From NCBI GenBank assembly GCA_030704615.1, contig CM060731.1, positions 52,018,001-52,082,000 of the forward strand: DNA of 64,000 nucleotides, in the 5' to 3' direction. The translations under genes were made by a program, and so were the position numbers. Below, piece after piece: positions 12,903-25,569 of this stretch (positions are counted from its first letter, which is position 1; every line of letters begins with the position of its first letter). The DNA comes from Takakia lepidozioides. Lineage: Eukaryota; Plantae; Bryophyta. The notes below the pieces were generated by a model. The model was not told where the DNA came from. It saw nothing but the letters and a program-made list of their open reading frames with translations, and searched no databases.

Positions 12903-13180
12903 TCAAGCAGTCCGACCAGTGTCCTGTCGTATGGCCTTGTGCAGCTCGTTGAAACTCAGTGTTGGAGCATGGATGAAGACGTCCACTGCGGATATGCAAC
13001 TCATGCGCTTCAGAAAAATGTAATAAAGGTGTTTGCAGGGGACGTATGCCGCATTCTTCGATTCCATAACAAGGAAGTCATCAAATTGTTTCTTCACATG
13101 AGGGTTGAATTTGGATGCCAAAATACAGATGAATGTGTTCCTGATTACAGTCGTGATTCACCACGTGTCCGGATATCGGT
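12903..13180 (-). pseudogene. Transposase C-terminal SWIM-region remnant
   Basis: YVPCKHLYYIFLKRM...FIHAPTLSFNELHK matches element A YPCKHLYYIYLKRL...FIHAPALSVNELHK. Confidence 0.85.
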
Positions 13181-13219
13181 GCCGACATCCGAATGGCAGT
13201 AATCCTGAATCGGCAGAAT

Positions 13220-14640
13220 GGATGTATTTCGGCGCCGAAATTCATTCTTCATCTCCTTTTCCGACCCTAATTCTGCTGCCCTGCGGATGGATTTCGGTGC
13301 CGAAATTCATCTGAAGTCTGTTTTTTTTTTTTTTCTTCTTTGCGACAGATGAACTTCGGCGCCGAATCTCATCCAAGTCCTCCCTTCTAATTTTCCTTTT
13401 TCTTCGCAAGCAATGAATTTCGGCGCCGAAATTCATCCGAAGTCCTCCCGAATTTATTTTTTTCTCCGCGAGCAATGAATTTCGGCGCCGAAATTCATCC
13501 GAAGTCCTCCCGAATTTTTTTTTTCTTCGCCAGCAATGAATTTCGGCGCCGAAATTCATCCGAAGTCCTCCCGAATTTTATTTTTTCTTCGGGAGCAATG
13601 AATTTCGGCGCCGAAATTCATCCGAAGTCCTCCCGATTTTATTTTTTTTCTTCGCGAGAATGAATTTCGGCGCCGAAATTCATCCGAAGTCCTCCCGAAT
13701 TTTATTTTTTTTCTTCGCGAGCAATGAATTTCGGCGCCGAAATTCAACCGACTCCATCCCTCCAAATTCTTTTCAGGGTTTGAGCGCTGGATTTCGGCGC
13801 CGAAATTCATCCAATGCCCTCCCTCCAATATTTATTTTTCTTTGAAATGGATGAATTTCGGTGCCGAAATTCATCCTTACTGTCCGCAATGAGTAACTCT
13901 AATATTACATTTTCTATGCGACGGATGAATTTCGGCGCCGAAATTCGTCCAAACCCGACACTTACTATTTGCTTCTGGATGATATAATTTTCCGTAAATC
14001 GTTGGAAATACCCCGTTCCGACGAAGATAACAGGAATATTCTGCATTTAATGGAGAAATCGGCATATTGAATCCATTCTGTCAAAATTAATTGTATTTTA
14101 GCCGTTTTTTTCATTTGAAACCGACAGTATCCATTAAGTGGTCTTTTTCGCACGGGACGTTGCCGCACATAAAGTATAATTTCGGCGTCGAAATTATAGT
14201 TAAATGTCCAGAAATGGCAAGTCCAACAGGCATGGACAGCATCCGTCAGGGGCAATGATGGCGGCAAATCATAGCATGGTGCCGATTTAGTCTTCGCTCT
14301 GGATGAATTTCGGCGCCGAAATATGGATGATTTCACCTCGTCTACGCGTGGACGGAGATATTCGTAATGAATTTCGGCGCCGAAATATGGATGATTTCAC
14401 CTCGTCTACGCGTGGACGGAGATATTCGTAATGAATTTCGGCGCCGAAATATGGATGAAATGTGCCCAAGTGCATCCGTTTCCACTGTTCCGGAATTAAT
14501 TCCGGCTCCGATATCCCACTGACAGGTTTGCTCATGACGAATGAGGACTTGGGAAGCGATGAATTGCGGCGCCGAAATTTGTAAGTTTGTGTACGAAAGC
14601 ACTTGAATAGGATGAATTTCGGCGCCGAAATTCATCCGTC
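13220..14640. repeat. Element C palindrome array: ATGAATTTCGGCGCCGAAATTCAT in ~61-63-bp units
   Basis: Roughly 20 copies or variants of the palindrome; regular tandem at 13410-13750 and 14300-14460. Confidence 0.93.
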
Positions 14641-15302
14641 CGCTGATGAAACGTACCGACCTGACTGTTGAATGTCATAGGCAGGGGATTTTCATGGCGG
14701 TTGGGTTTCATGATGTGCGGATATTTCATTCAATGTCGGCTGCTCCGGGAACAGCATCCGGTGAACGGAAGGTATTTCGGTGCCGCAATTCGGATAAACC
14801 ATCTTGTACTGGTGGCTGGAACTGGCACGCGTCGTGTTCCAGTCGACTTCATCCGTGCGAACGTGTCAGGGGTCACAATCTCTTCATCACCCATACGGCA
14901 GAAAGTGGTGGACGGTGGCAACGCTTCGGGAGACGTGGCTGCTTACACATCTGCTCGTGTAGAGTGGTTGCATGTTCCACCGCTTCGCTCTCTCGCTCCT
15001 TGCCCTTCTGCAGTGACATTCTCCTGCGTTTCCTCTCCTTATGCGGCATAGTGGTAGCATAGAGTTTGTGGAAGGTCAGGTGACTCCGGCAAAGAGAAGG
15101 AGGACGCGGGATTTTGGGAAGCCGCCGACGACACGACTTAAGCTCCGTCTCATGCATCAAATGTAGACCTCGTTATCCGGAGACTCGGATCGCCCACCAG
15201 TGAGAGATTCGTGCTTTGCGGATGTGAAGCACTCCATACGCAATATTCCTTTTACACCTTTTTTTTTGCGTGCAGTGTCTCATGTTTTCCTGTTTGTTTG
15301 AC

Positions 15303-16957
15303 ATGGGAGCTGGGGAGGGATCGCAGGGGGGCGAAGCAACACAGTCAACTTTGGATACTCCTGCCCGGGTGCTGCGCTCGCAAGGTGGAAGTGCATCGAG
15401 GCAGACGAGTCCTCATTCAACACCTCAGATATCGCCTCAGAAAAGCCCACCTAGAGTTCGGAAGTCGAGGAAGCAGAAGGAGCCCATGGCTTCGCCAGTA
15501 AAACCCCTAGGGAGACTGGAAGCAGAGATATTGGGTTTGCAGTCAATTTCAAAAAACACGGATGCGGTGGAGGCTGCTGGAGATGTGGGAGTTGGATCTG
15601 CAGAAGGGCGGCCCATTGAGCTGACAGAAGGAGAGGACGACAACGTGGTACGACTTGGCGACGATCAGAACCTGCTGGAGCTTGCGGAGGAGCAAAACCT
15701 CCAGGACATTTCCTTCTCTGCAGACTCTTATCTTTCAGGCATTTTGCTTCGTGAAGAAACATTAGAAATTCAAATTACGTGAAACAGGAAGACTTGTTGA
15801 TTCCATAGTTGATCCACTGGAGTATAACGTCCTGTTCAACCATGTGGGAGAGAAGGACATTCTTTGTGATTTGTCGGGCAAGCCATGGAGGTATGGCAGG
15901 ACCAGGAGTCCTGCATTCATCCCAGACGCTCATGGAAACATGTACGGATGTTGAAGGCAGGGTCCTCGACATCACTGCAAATACAGGTGAGAACGTTAAT
16001 TGAATGCGGCACCAAAATTGACACCATTTCCGTTTGTGTATGTTTGCTTGTGCGAGGAAGCGACTCATTCTTGAGTTTGGTTGTGGTTGTGTCGTATGAA
16101 TTTGCAGGTGCCTGTATGTGGGCGGGAAGGATGTCGAACCGATTTGTGTTCTCATTTGAGGGGGATACGGCCTTGTACGATTACAATTTGGCGGGCCTTC
16201 AGCGTTTGCCTCCGACTGAGGATCCCAAAAACGCAGAAGATGACGTGGAAGGGGAGGAGGAAGATGAAGAGGAGGAAGTCCAGGAAATTCGTTCGATGCA
16301 GGGGTGCTCGAAGCCGCTTCCCCCAATGCCTGTCTTCGAGTGAGTTGCACCATAGTAAGTGTATTGGTTTCGGTTGTAGGGACCATGCAACCTGCCGATG
16401 ATTCCCTGTTTGAATTCTCTAATGTACTTCATTCTATGTTTGTGCGTACACTCAGCCTTGCAGAGTCGTCCGACGAGGAGAAGCTGGGAGACTTGCCCGA
16501 ATCGGACCCTGTTGCAGAGGAAAAGACAGAATCGCATCGGCCATTCTTTGCCAGAAAATCGTTTCTCGCGAGTCCCCAGAAGCCTTTTTTTCTACCAGCC
16601 TATGCAGACACGGCTGCCAGAGAAGCCATCAGCAGGGAGGATAGGCCTACTCGGTTAGAGCAATTGACATACGGGAATGGGCAGAGAATTATAATGAGGC
16701 GTGAGGCCAAACATAGAATTGTGAAAGGCAGAGTAGGGAAGTTCATAATAGAATCCGCGTCCGAGAGCGAGGGGAATGTTGAGGACACTTCCGCACCCAG
16801 GTGGACAGTTCCGGCTGGTGAGGATGGTATTTTTGAGGGGAGGGCTTCTCAGAGTAACAGCGGTAGCGGCAGTGCAGGTTCGGAGGCAGGTGGAAGGCAG
16901 CCATCCTTGCATGAGGCCGGGGATGCATCGGACAGTGATAGCGGATCCTCACCATAG
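15303..16957 (+). pseudogene. Element C spliced cargo gene, acidic/low-complexity protein, unknown function
   Basis: ORFs 15270-15782, 15809-16003, 15885-16343 and 16304-16957 can be linked by GT-AG introns (~15988-16108 and ~16340-16379); premature stops near 15780-15810. Confidence 0.5.
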
Positions 16958-17650
16958 CAAAGTCTCATTTGGATCCTTTTGTTGTACAGTTCTGAAACAC
17001 TTAATGAAAATATTGACGATTTGAAAAATCATTGTGTTCAGACTGCTTGTCCGATTCCCTACATTTCTTCCGCCAACCAAAATGTATAATAAAAGCAGAA
17101 GAGACGCAAACTTCATTGAAGAACCCTACAAGTAATTTATGCACACCATCGAGCCGAGAACTTGAAGCCATGAAAACCCTGCCGTTTCTAACATTCCTAT
17201 TGGGAAATTTGGCGCCGAAATAGCCCAATGCGCGCCTTCGTTATATGGGCCTCAAAAATTCCACGGATGAATTACTGTACCAAAATATCGCGATGGAAGC
17301 CTTCAGCACAAGGCACTTCAGCACATTCCACTTGGGTATTTTGGCGCCCAAATAGCCCGTTCTGCGCCATTAAATACCGCACTATATCACATTTTAAGAG
17401 GTAATTTCGGTGCCGAAATACCCCGGTGGATGTCTTCAAAACACCATTTTAGCACACTGCTCTTGGGGAATAATGGCGCCGAAATACCTCATTCCGCATC
17501 CTGGACCAGGAGAAACAGACCCTATTACCGAGGTAAGAAGACATAACACCGTCAATAAAGGCAGGAAAATTCCAATTCCGCGGATGTCCGCTCATGAGCT
17601 CATAGGCTCATGGGCTCATGGGCTCATGCGCTCATGAAATAGTAAACCTC

Positions 17651-20196
17651 AACAATTCAATGGTCTCATTAATGAAGTGACTTCCTTGATCACTGATAAA
17701 TTCCAAGGGACAGCTAAATCGTGTAAGTATGTTCTCATACAGAAACCTTGATGTGGACTTGGCTGTGTTGTCCCTCAAAGCTTTAACTTCCACCCACTTC
17801 GTAGTATAATCAGTGGCTGTAATTATGTACCTGTCCTGTGTATTCTTGGCTGGTGGGTTAATTGGTCCAACAAAGTCTAGTCCCCATTTCTGAAATGGTT
17901 CCGTAGGCATTGTAGGATGCAAAGACATTTTCCCAGATCTCTGCAAAGGTCCCAGCCTCTGACATTCATCACAACTCTGACAATACTTGTGTACATCTTT
18001 GAACAAAGTAGACCACCAGTAACCTGCATGTAGTATTTTCCTGCTGGTAGTCTCTTCTCCAAAATGACCTCCTGCCACTCCTTTATGAACTTCCTCCAAA
18101 ACTTTATTAACTTCATGGTGGTATAAGCATCGCTTCAGCACTCCATCTGGTCCTAGCTTATACATTCTGCTCCCTACCATAGTGTAAGGTAGAGCCTTGA
18201 TAGCAATTCTCTTTCTCTGCTCCTTTCCATAACTTGGTGGGCACTGACCATGAGCAAGGTAGTATCTGATTGGCCACTGCCAATCTAACCAGTCATCTGC
18301 ACTTCCCTGCACCTCCACTGTAAATAGACTCGCATCTGGTAATTGATCATCTACTCCCGTGGTTGGTTCTCCTGTTGATAACCTTGACAAGTGATCCGCC
18401 ACAAGATGCAGTCTCCCAGGCTTGTAAACAACCTCGAACTCAAACTCGTGCAAGATTATCAACCATCTTGCTATTCTTCCGCTTATCAGAGGTTTGTTTA
18501 TCAGGTATATCAGAGCCTGGTAATCCACATAGAACATAAACTTCTTGCCCAACAGGTAATGCCTGAATTTCTTCACTGCATAGATCATTGCCAATGCTTC
18601 TCTTTCCGTTGTGCTATAATTTCTTTCGGCATTGTTCATCAATCGGCTAGCATAGTACACAGGTGAATCTATCCTTCCTGTTACATTTTGGGCTAACACC
18701 GCTCCTAGTGCTTCTCCAGAAGCATCACAGTGAACATGAAATATTTTCTTCCAGTGAGGACTAATCAACACAGGTGTAGTTGTTACTGACAATGTAAGTT
18801 CCTCAAAAGCCTGTTGACATTCAGGTGTCCATGCAAACACTGCATCTTTCTTCAGAAGTTTGCTCAATGGTGCTGCTATCTGTGCATACCGTCTGACAAA
18901 TCTTCTGTAATAGCTGGTTTGTCCAAGGAATCTCCTTAGACTCTTAACATTCACTGGTGGTGGAGAGGCTTTAATGGCCTCTGTTTTCCTGGGATCCACA
19001 AGAAGTCCCCTCTTATATACAATGTGTCCCAGAAGCACCCCTGAGTTCACACAGAAAGTACACTTCTCTAGATTCAAGCCCAGACCTCTCATCCTGCATC
19101 TGGCCAGACATAACTCCAATTTATGCAAGTGCTCATTCTTAGAGCTGTACACACTGAAATCATCCAAGAACACCTGCATGAAATCATCCAGATACTCATG
19201 AAAAGATTCACTTATCACTCTCTGAAAGGTCGCTGGTGCATTACAAAGTCCAAAGGGCATGACTTTGTATGCATAAGCACCCCAGTCTATGATGAAAGCT
19301 GTTTTTCCTTGGTCTCCTTCTGCCACTTGCACTTGATTATAACCACTGAAGCCATCCATGAATGAGTACATCTCATGGCCTGCCACAGTGTCTAATACTG
19401 CTTCTGTGAATGGCAAAGGGAAAGGATCTTTCTTCGTACAAGCATTCAGCTTCTTGTAGTTCACACAAACTCTTAGTTTACCATTCTTCTTGGGAACTAT
19501 CACAATGGGTGACAACCAAGTTGTATACTCTATTGGGTATATAAACTTAGCCTCAGCCAACTTCTTGATCTCTTCTCCAACCTTCTGTGCGTAGTTGGGA
19601 TTCATTCTGTACCTTGCCCGCTTGATTGGTACTGACCCCGGTTCCAGTTCAATCTTATGCTGACAGATTTCAGGTGGTATCCCTTTTAGAGCCTCATAGC
19701 TCCAAGCAAATACATCTCTGTATTTGATGAACAAACTCTTAGCTTCTTCAAAGAATTCTGGCTCCAAATCAGCTCCTACCTTCACCATCCTCGGTTCCTC
19801 TTTAGTTCCCACATTCACTTCCCTCACTTGCTCATCAGCTGTGATTGTCCAACCAGTCACCACTTCATCCTGTAAAGTCACAGTGGCTGGTTCCTCTAGG
19901 ATTTCCATTTCTCCTTCTTTTTCTTCATAGAAATGTGATGGGTAACTGCTGGTTTCCTCTTCAATCGGTGTTGTTGACACTACACCACAACAGATACCCC
20001 TTAAACAACTTAGGCCTTCCAGCCGCATCTTTGCAACCTGCTCCCACTCTGGGTGTGCAGCAAACAGGGTAGCTTCCTGCTCCTCATCCAGTCCTCCTCT
20101 CCAGTCATACTCTCTGACTCCTCGAGGTCTTCTCGTAGCAGGTAATCTACTAGATTTCTTTGTGGTAATTTGTATCTCGTGTATCCCATTATGCAC
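17651..20196 (-). CDS. pol: G1 pol: reverse transcriptase, RNase H, integrase N-terminal half; protease active site absent
   Basis: MDGFSGYNQ, MPFGLCNAPATFQR, FLDD, HCDAS, ERNYSTTERE, HHCC zinc finger, WGLDFVGP, ISDQGSHF. Confidence 0.95.
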
Positions 20197-20198
20197 GG

Positions 20199-21947
20199 TT
20201 AGTAACTGAGAATTCCTCTGGAATTTCCTTGGTAATTCCCTCTTGAATTACCTCTCCCTTCTATGCCATTGTTATAACCACCAGACCTACCATAGTGGTC
20301 CTGATCATTGTTTCTTCTTGGCTGGGGCTGCACATGATGCACCCTTACTTGCCTAGGTTCTCTTGCAACTGTCCTTCTGTTGTAGTAACAATTCTCAGTA
20401 GAATGGTTATCCATTTTACAGATAGTACAGTGTTTCTCCTTCATGTGGCATTCTGTGGTGGTATGGCCTTCATTCTGGCACTTTGCACACCATACACCCT
20501 TCCTCCAATGTGTTGCAGCCTTTGTGGCATACTTCTTCAAGATTTCTTCCAATCTTTTCTCATAGTTATCCCTCTTCAACTTCTCCTTTCTCTTACTCTT
20601 CCTTTTTAGTTCTTGCTCTTCTTCTTCATCTGACTCATCCTCAGAGTCCTCATCATCCCTTTTCTCTCTCCTGAGCATTCCCAATTGCTCAATTCTGTTT
20701 GCAGTTTCAAATGCCTCCTCCACTGTATTATGGGGTAACATATCCACTTTCTTTTGCAACTCTGGTCTTAGTCCACTCACAAACCAAGTCTTCTGTAACC
20801 CTGGTGCTGGTACTGCAGCCAGCTTTTTCATCATCAATTCCATCTTTTCCATATACTCCTCAACAGTTTCATGCTTCTTTTGCTTTAACTGTTGTAAACT
20901 TCCATACACTTCATCCTCAGTTTTACTTGTCCTGAACCTATTTCGGAATGCTGTATTCAAGCCATTCCAGGTTAGAAAATGATTATCAGGGAATCTTGCA
21001 TACCATTCACTTGTTTTCTTTATAAGTGAACAAGGAAACAATCTCATCTTGGCATCATTGCCATTCTCATTGTTCACTATACACATGTGCTCAAATTGGC
21101 TAATGTGTACATCGGGATCCATTTTTCCTGAATATATTGGAAAAGGTGGTTTTACCCGTGTTGGTTGTAACGCCATCTGTGGCCCTACTTTCTGCCCACT
21201 GACAGGTGCTGGCACCCTTGCTGGTGCTGGTCCTTCTGGACCTGTTGTTGTTGTGGTGGATCTTCCACCAAGTGGTGGCCCTTGAGCACTCCCTGCTTCT
21301 GGCCCCACGATATTCACAGTATTCCCAGCTTCAGTTGCACTACTTCCCACACTCCCTGTCCCCCCAGAGCCAGATCCAGGCAGTCCGCCCGATCCCCCTG
21401 AGCCGACACCTTCGTTGGCCTGTGATCCAAGTGCTCCACTTGATCCAGGTCCAACGGGTTGGGATGTCCTGGTTTTAGTCTCAACCTCAGCTGTTGGGTC
21501 TACTTCTTCATATTCTTCCTCTTCCAATTTCTTCTCTCTGTTTTCATCCTCCAAGTTCTGCCCTTGGGTTTCTTCTTCACTCATGTAACTGTGTTGGAGA
21601 GTCTGAACTCTCCGTTGGCTCTGCCACATCCTCTCCTCCTTCTTCACCTTCCGCTTCAGAAACTGGAGTCCTGCTTTTGGTGTTCCATGCCAACTCTTAT
21701 CAAAGATTTCTGTCAAATCTTTTATCCAGGGATGTACCTCAGATCTTTCACCTCGTGATTGATCTTCTTCCCGTACCAATTCCCTTAATCTTTCTTGCAA
21801 AGAAACAGAAGGAGTGGCATCCAACTCTAGGGCTTCAGCTCGTGGAATCGGTTTTGCGGGAGACTGCTCCGCCCTCCCCTGATTGCCTTGTGCTTCCTCA
21901 TTCTTGCAGGTGAAGGTGTCTGCTGCAATTGAATCTGCTTCATTCAC
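20199..21947 (-). CDS. gag: G1 gag (retrotransposon gag domain, two zinc knuckles)
   Basis: DPDVHISQFE...LKQKKHETVEEY...FVSGLRPEL; CAKCQNEGHTTTEC and CTICKMDNHSTENC. Confidence 0.9.
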   Translation of the reverse strand: MNEADSIAADTFTCKNEEAQGNQGRAEQSPAKPIPRAEALELDATPSVSLQERLRELVREEDQSRGERSEVHPWIKDLTEIFDKSWHGTPKAGLQFLKRKVKKEERMWQSQRRVQTLQHSYMSEEETQGQNLEDENREKKLEEEEYEEVDPTAEVETKTRTSQPVGPGSSGALGSQANEGVGSGGSGGLPGSGSGGTGSVGSSATEAGNTVNIVGPEAGSAQGPPLGGRSTTTTTGPEGPAPARVPAPVSGQKVGPQMALQPTRVKPPFPIYSGKMDPDVHISQFEHMCIVNNENGNDAKMRLFPCSLIKKTSEWYARFPDNHFLTWNGLNTAFRNRFRTSKTEDEVYGSLQQLKQKKHETVEEYMEKMELMMKKLAAVPAPGLQKTWFVSGLRPELQKKVDMLPHNTVEEAFETANRIEQLGMLRREKRDDEDSEDESDEEEEQELKRKSKRKEKLKRDNYEKRLEEILKKYATKAATHWRKGVWCAKCQNEGHTTTECHMKEKHCTICKMDNHSTENCYYNRRTVAREPRQVRVHHVQPQPRRNNDQDHYGRSGGYNNGIEGRGNSRGNYQGNSRGILSY

Positions 21948-22327
21948 CTGGGTGGGGGGTAAACGGCCTGGTCCGGTTAAGAAACAAGTTGAAGGACGGG
22001 CTGCTTCTTCTTTGTCTTTGCTGGAGAAGGGCTAGACCCCTGCTGGCGATTCTCCATGACCTTTGAAGGCGAGTCGCTCTCTGGGGCTTTGAACTGCAAA
22101 GACTTGGCCTTGGAAGCCGCGTCCTTGAAACGCACAGGGCTAGGACTGGCAGGAAGACCCGTGCTCGTGGATCGGCTGGGTGTGCGTGCTGCAGCTAGCT
22201 CCACGGACTCTGCCTGCGGCTCTTCGGATTCATGCGATCCCTCCAGCACGTCCACCTTTCCGGTTAGGCATGCAAACATCTTCTGCAGTCAAGTCTCCTA
22301 GCATACAGTCTAAGAATTGTAGAAGAA

Positions 22328-23341
22328 ATTGGTTTATGTGATAGCATTGCTATCCATTAAGCGAGTAGAGTTTGAAGGCTGGGAGGAAAGAAAGGTGAAT
22401 GTTTATACTCATATGCATGAAGAGCTTGTACTGGTAAAGAATTGGATTCCAAAGGATATTTTGTGGATCAAACTCACACCAAGAACAGCTTTTCAGACTT
22501 GTTTGCCATATGGTTATATGGTAACGGAGACATCAAGTCTAGCCAAGGGTGCATTGAAGCTTGAAAGAAACCCAGGCATATACGAGAGATATTACAGAAG
22601 AGAGTTTTGGTTATTGCCACATTAAAAAGAAATGAAAGACATGGGACATGAGTGATGAAAGAGAAGCTAGACGCCAGAGATATTCAGCAAAAAGAGAAAG
22701 CTATCTGAAAGCTAATTATCCATATCTTTGGGAGAGAGGAATAGACATAGGGGAATCATCTGGACCTCTCACACCATTAAGATCAAAGAGTACATCACCC
22801 ACAGTTTATCACAGCCCACCACAGTGTCACACAGCCTATCACAGCTCGTCACAGTCTGACACAGCCTATCACAGCCCAACACAGCCCATGCGGGTTACAT
22901 AGTCCATAGGGTCAGTGATAGGTGGACGCGGGTTAACGTCAGGAAAGTGGCCAGTAAGTGTAAGGTCAGTTTGGGAGTCAAACTCGGAGGAAAAGCCACG
23001 CGGACAGAGAGCGATGGAAGAATGTTTGAATTCGAACACGTGGCCTAAGGGGCAAAGCTCTCCGCTATGCTTGTACTGCAAAACCGGGTGTTATCATGCA
23101 AAAAGACAAACTGGGCCGTCGAAGTACCTACCCGGTACAGCAGCCGAAATTAATTGTGGGCCCATTGATGCATCCAGGGAAAAGGTAACGGAACCCTTTA
23201 CGTGTACAATAAAGACGAACCTTTGCCACATGTGTTGTCCTAGTGGGCATTCCAGGTGGAAATGTGAGCAGACGGGGGTAAAATTAGGAAGTTACCCGAG
23301 GAGGCAACAGCCAATCAGGAGCGAGAATTTCATGCAGGTGG
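22328..23341 (+). mobile_element. G1-related fragment in the opposite (+) orientation; 5' ORF region joined to post-pol region without gag-pol
   Basis: 22328-22590 matches the reverse complement of 1-262; ~22900-23340 resembles the reverse complement of ~9450-9850. Confidence 0.7.
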
Positions 23342-25192
23342 TGTCGAGCGGCTTTTACTCACCCATCCCTTAGCTATCCGAGGTGGAAACTCCAAGATAG
23401 AAGAGTTGGAAATCTCTAAGTACTCAGCCCGCTCAGAACAATCAGTCATGACCTACAACTAGTGAATCATGGTTGTGCTTCATATTTGTATTCCTTCTCG
23501 CATTCATGTTAGCAATTTACCTTACTGTCTATGATTAAGTATTAGATTACTTCTGCAATCTACCATGTTCCAACTACTCAGGCATTCATTCCACAGCTTC
23601 ACTCGTATCTCTCTACACGGTGTGAGTATGAAGTATGTATCAGATTAATATCTATCAAGTATCAGGCTGAAGCCATGGTGCCTCTTATCTACTCTACATT
23701 ACAATTCTACAGCTTGCATTCATCAAGTATCAACAGATCGTCTCTTCTCCTACTCCGTGCTCTTTATCCTTCCCCTCAGAAATGCGCTCTCCCCTTTATT
23801 TCCAAGCCGTCATGCCAGAAGTCCCCCTCCCAAGAAGTGATCCCCCAGACGTCCCCGCTCTTCGCTTTTTCTACCTACAAGCTGTTCTAACCGCTTTCCT
23901 AACTAACCGTCATCCCTGTAGTACACGTTCTTTTTTCAGATGTCGTTCCCCCACAGTCGTTCCCTGCCAATGATAACTGTCCCCCAGCTGTGCCGAGCTG
24001 TGACTGGCTGTATTAGGCTGTGGCCGGCTGTGTCGGCTGTGTCGGACTGTGACGGGTTGTGTTGGCTGTGCGAAGCTGTGACGGTTGTGGTAACTGTGTC
24101 GGCTGTGTTGGACTGTGATGGATTGTGTCGGGCTGTGTATCTCCCCCTTTAAAGCCTGTTGTTGTCACCCCTAAGGCTCCTGTTGGTCTCAGTCTGTGTA
24201 AAAATTAAGGGTACCCCACAGATCCCGTAAAAGCGTCTAAGTCCCAAGCAGCCCTCTAACATTTACCCCTCCTCCTCTCAAAAAGCCGTGTCCTCACGGT
24301 TTACTGTTTGGGATTAGCAAACCTTTGTGAGCGAGCACCCTTCTGACGTTGAGAGTCTCGTGAAGGACTTCGTGTGCGAGCCCGTGTCCTGTCACTGGTT
24401 GAGGGAGATGATTGAGCACTACCTGGAAATGTCAGTCCCTCCTTTGGCTGATATCGAGGTAATCTCTCAGGCATAGGAGACCCCCGTCACTTCTTCTCTG
24501 CCATCTGAATTGCATAGTCCTCTGCCATGTCAAAAGAGTCCGCTGAAGAACCAATAGTATCAGAATCGTCTTCCCCCCTGAGGTGTTTTAACGGTCGAAC
24601 TCTAACTGGAATCCTCTGGGGCATACAATGTGGTCCCACCATGTCTGGAAGTTTAATCTGTAAAACTTGTTGTAAGCGCTGAATTGCAAAATTGGTGAAG
24701 ACCCTGAACTCCTTGTCTGTACAGATGAGTGGTGTGCCAATGACTTGAGAACAGTGCAAGTATTTCCATGCCTCATGTCCCTTAAAGAAAATATCGTCAG
24801 GCCCGAATTTCTGTGTTGACAAATTGTTCCAGGCCGAATGAAACCATGAACGAATTTGAGAATCCTTTTGCATCATAACTTTTACCTCATATAGGTACAT
24901 ATGAGGTGGCTTTGAAGGTAAGACCCAATGATCCCCACTGGAATAACTCAGAAAGCGTTCTGCTGCTCAATGTGATAACATGCCAGAAAACAAGCAGCAT
25001 AGTATAACCCGCAGCCCATGACAATACTTGCTACCTCCTTGGTCTTGGTATAAATGAATCCATGTACAACTTGGAAGGCAATTAATTCATTCAATATGGT
25101 ACTTGCCTCATGCCAGTACCTCGCAAAGTGATGATCCTCAATGGGTCGATTGTTCGGAAGAACCTTAGTCCTAGTTGCCACTGGCAGCCAAA
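23342..25192 (-). mobile_element. G1 diverged copy: 3' LTR (23342-24261), PPT and end of the extra ORF; interrupted by MULE A
   Basis: TGTCGAGCGG...CTCTAACA LTR; 24262-25192 is homologous to 5554-6482. Confidence 0.9.
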
Positions 25193-25569
25193 GAGGTTTG
25201 CTATTTCATGAGCATGAGCGGCATGAGCGGCATGAGCGGAGTAGTAAGACAATCGGTTTTCATGAGCAGAAGTACAAATTTCGAGAATAAAAAACAATAA
25301 AAAAGTATAATTTAATGCAATGTGTCAGGAAAAACAAATATATTATTCGGCCCCTTGAAGGGAAAATTGCAGTTTTGACAGTTGTGCTCATGATATTTCG
25401 TCTTCCGCTCATGCCAATTCCAATTCCCAGCGACATGTGCAAATATGGCGCCGAATTTCAAGGTAATAGGTTCCGTAACCTGAAAAAACGACGACGTATT
25501 TCGCGGTAATAGGTCTCTTTGACGAAAAATGGTGCCGAATTCCGCGGCTTTAGGTCCCCTCATGACAGG

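Larger units (their letters stand above)
10819..17650. mobile_element. MULE-like element C (6.8 kb, non-autonomous)
   Basis: 10-bp TSD AACAATTCAA (10809-10818 and 17651-17660). TIRs GGGGGTTGCTATTCCATGAG / GAGGTTTACTATTTCATGAG (16/20 match). Subterminal CTCATGAG repeats and a SWIM remnant. Confidence 0.93.
4525..21947 (-). mobile_element. Ty3/Gypsy family G1, copy 2 (3' LTR, extra ORF, pol, gag), interrupted by MULE C; 5' LTR missing
   Basis: 3' LTR 4525-5553 with adjacent PPT; gag-RT-RH-INT order on the minus strand. Confidence 0.92.

Noticed and set aside
13220-14640. CRISPR-like palindromic repeats and many short MNFGAEIH ORFs
   Set aside because: Tandem units with repeated spacers; the ORFs on both strands are by-products of the palindrome.
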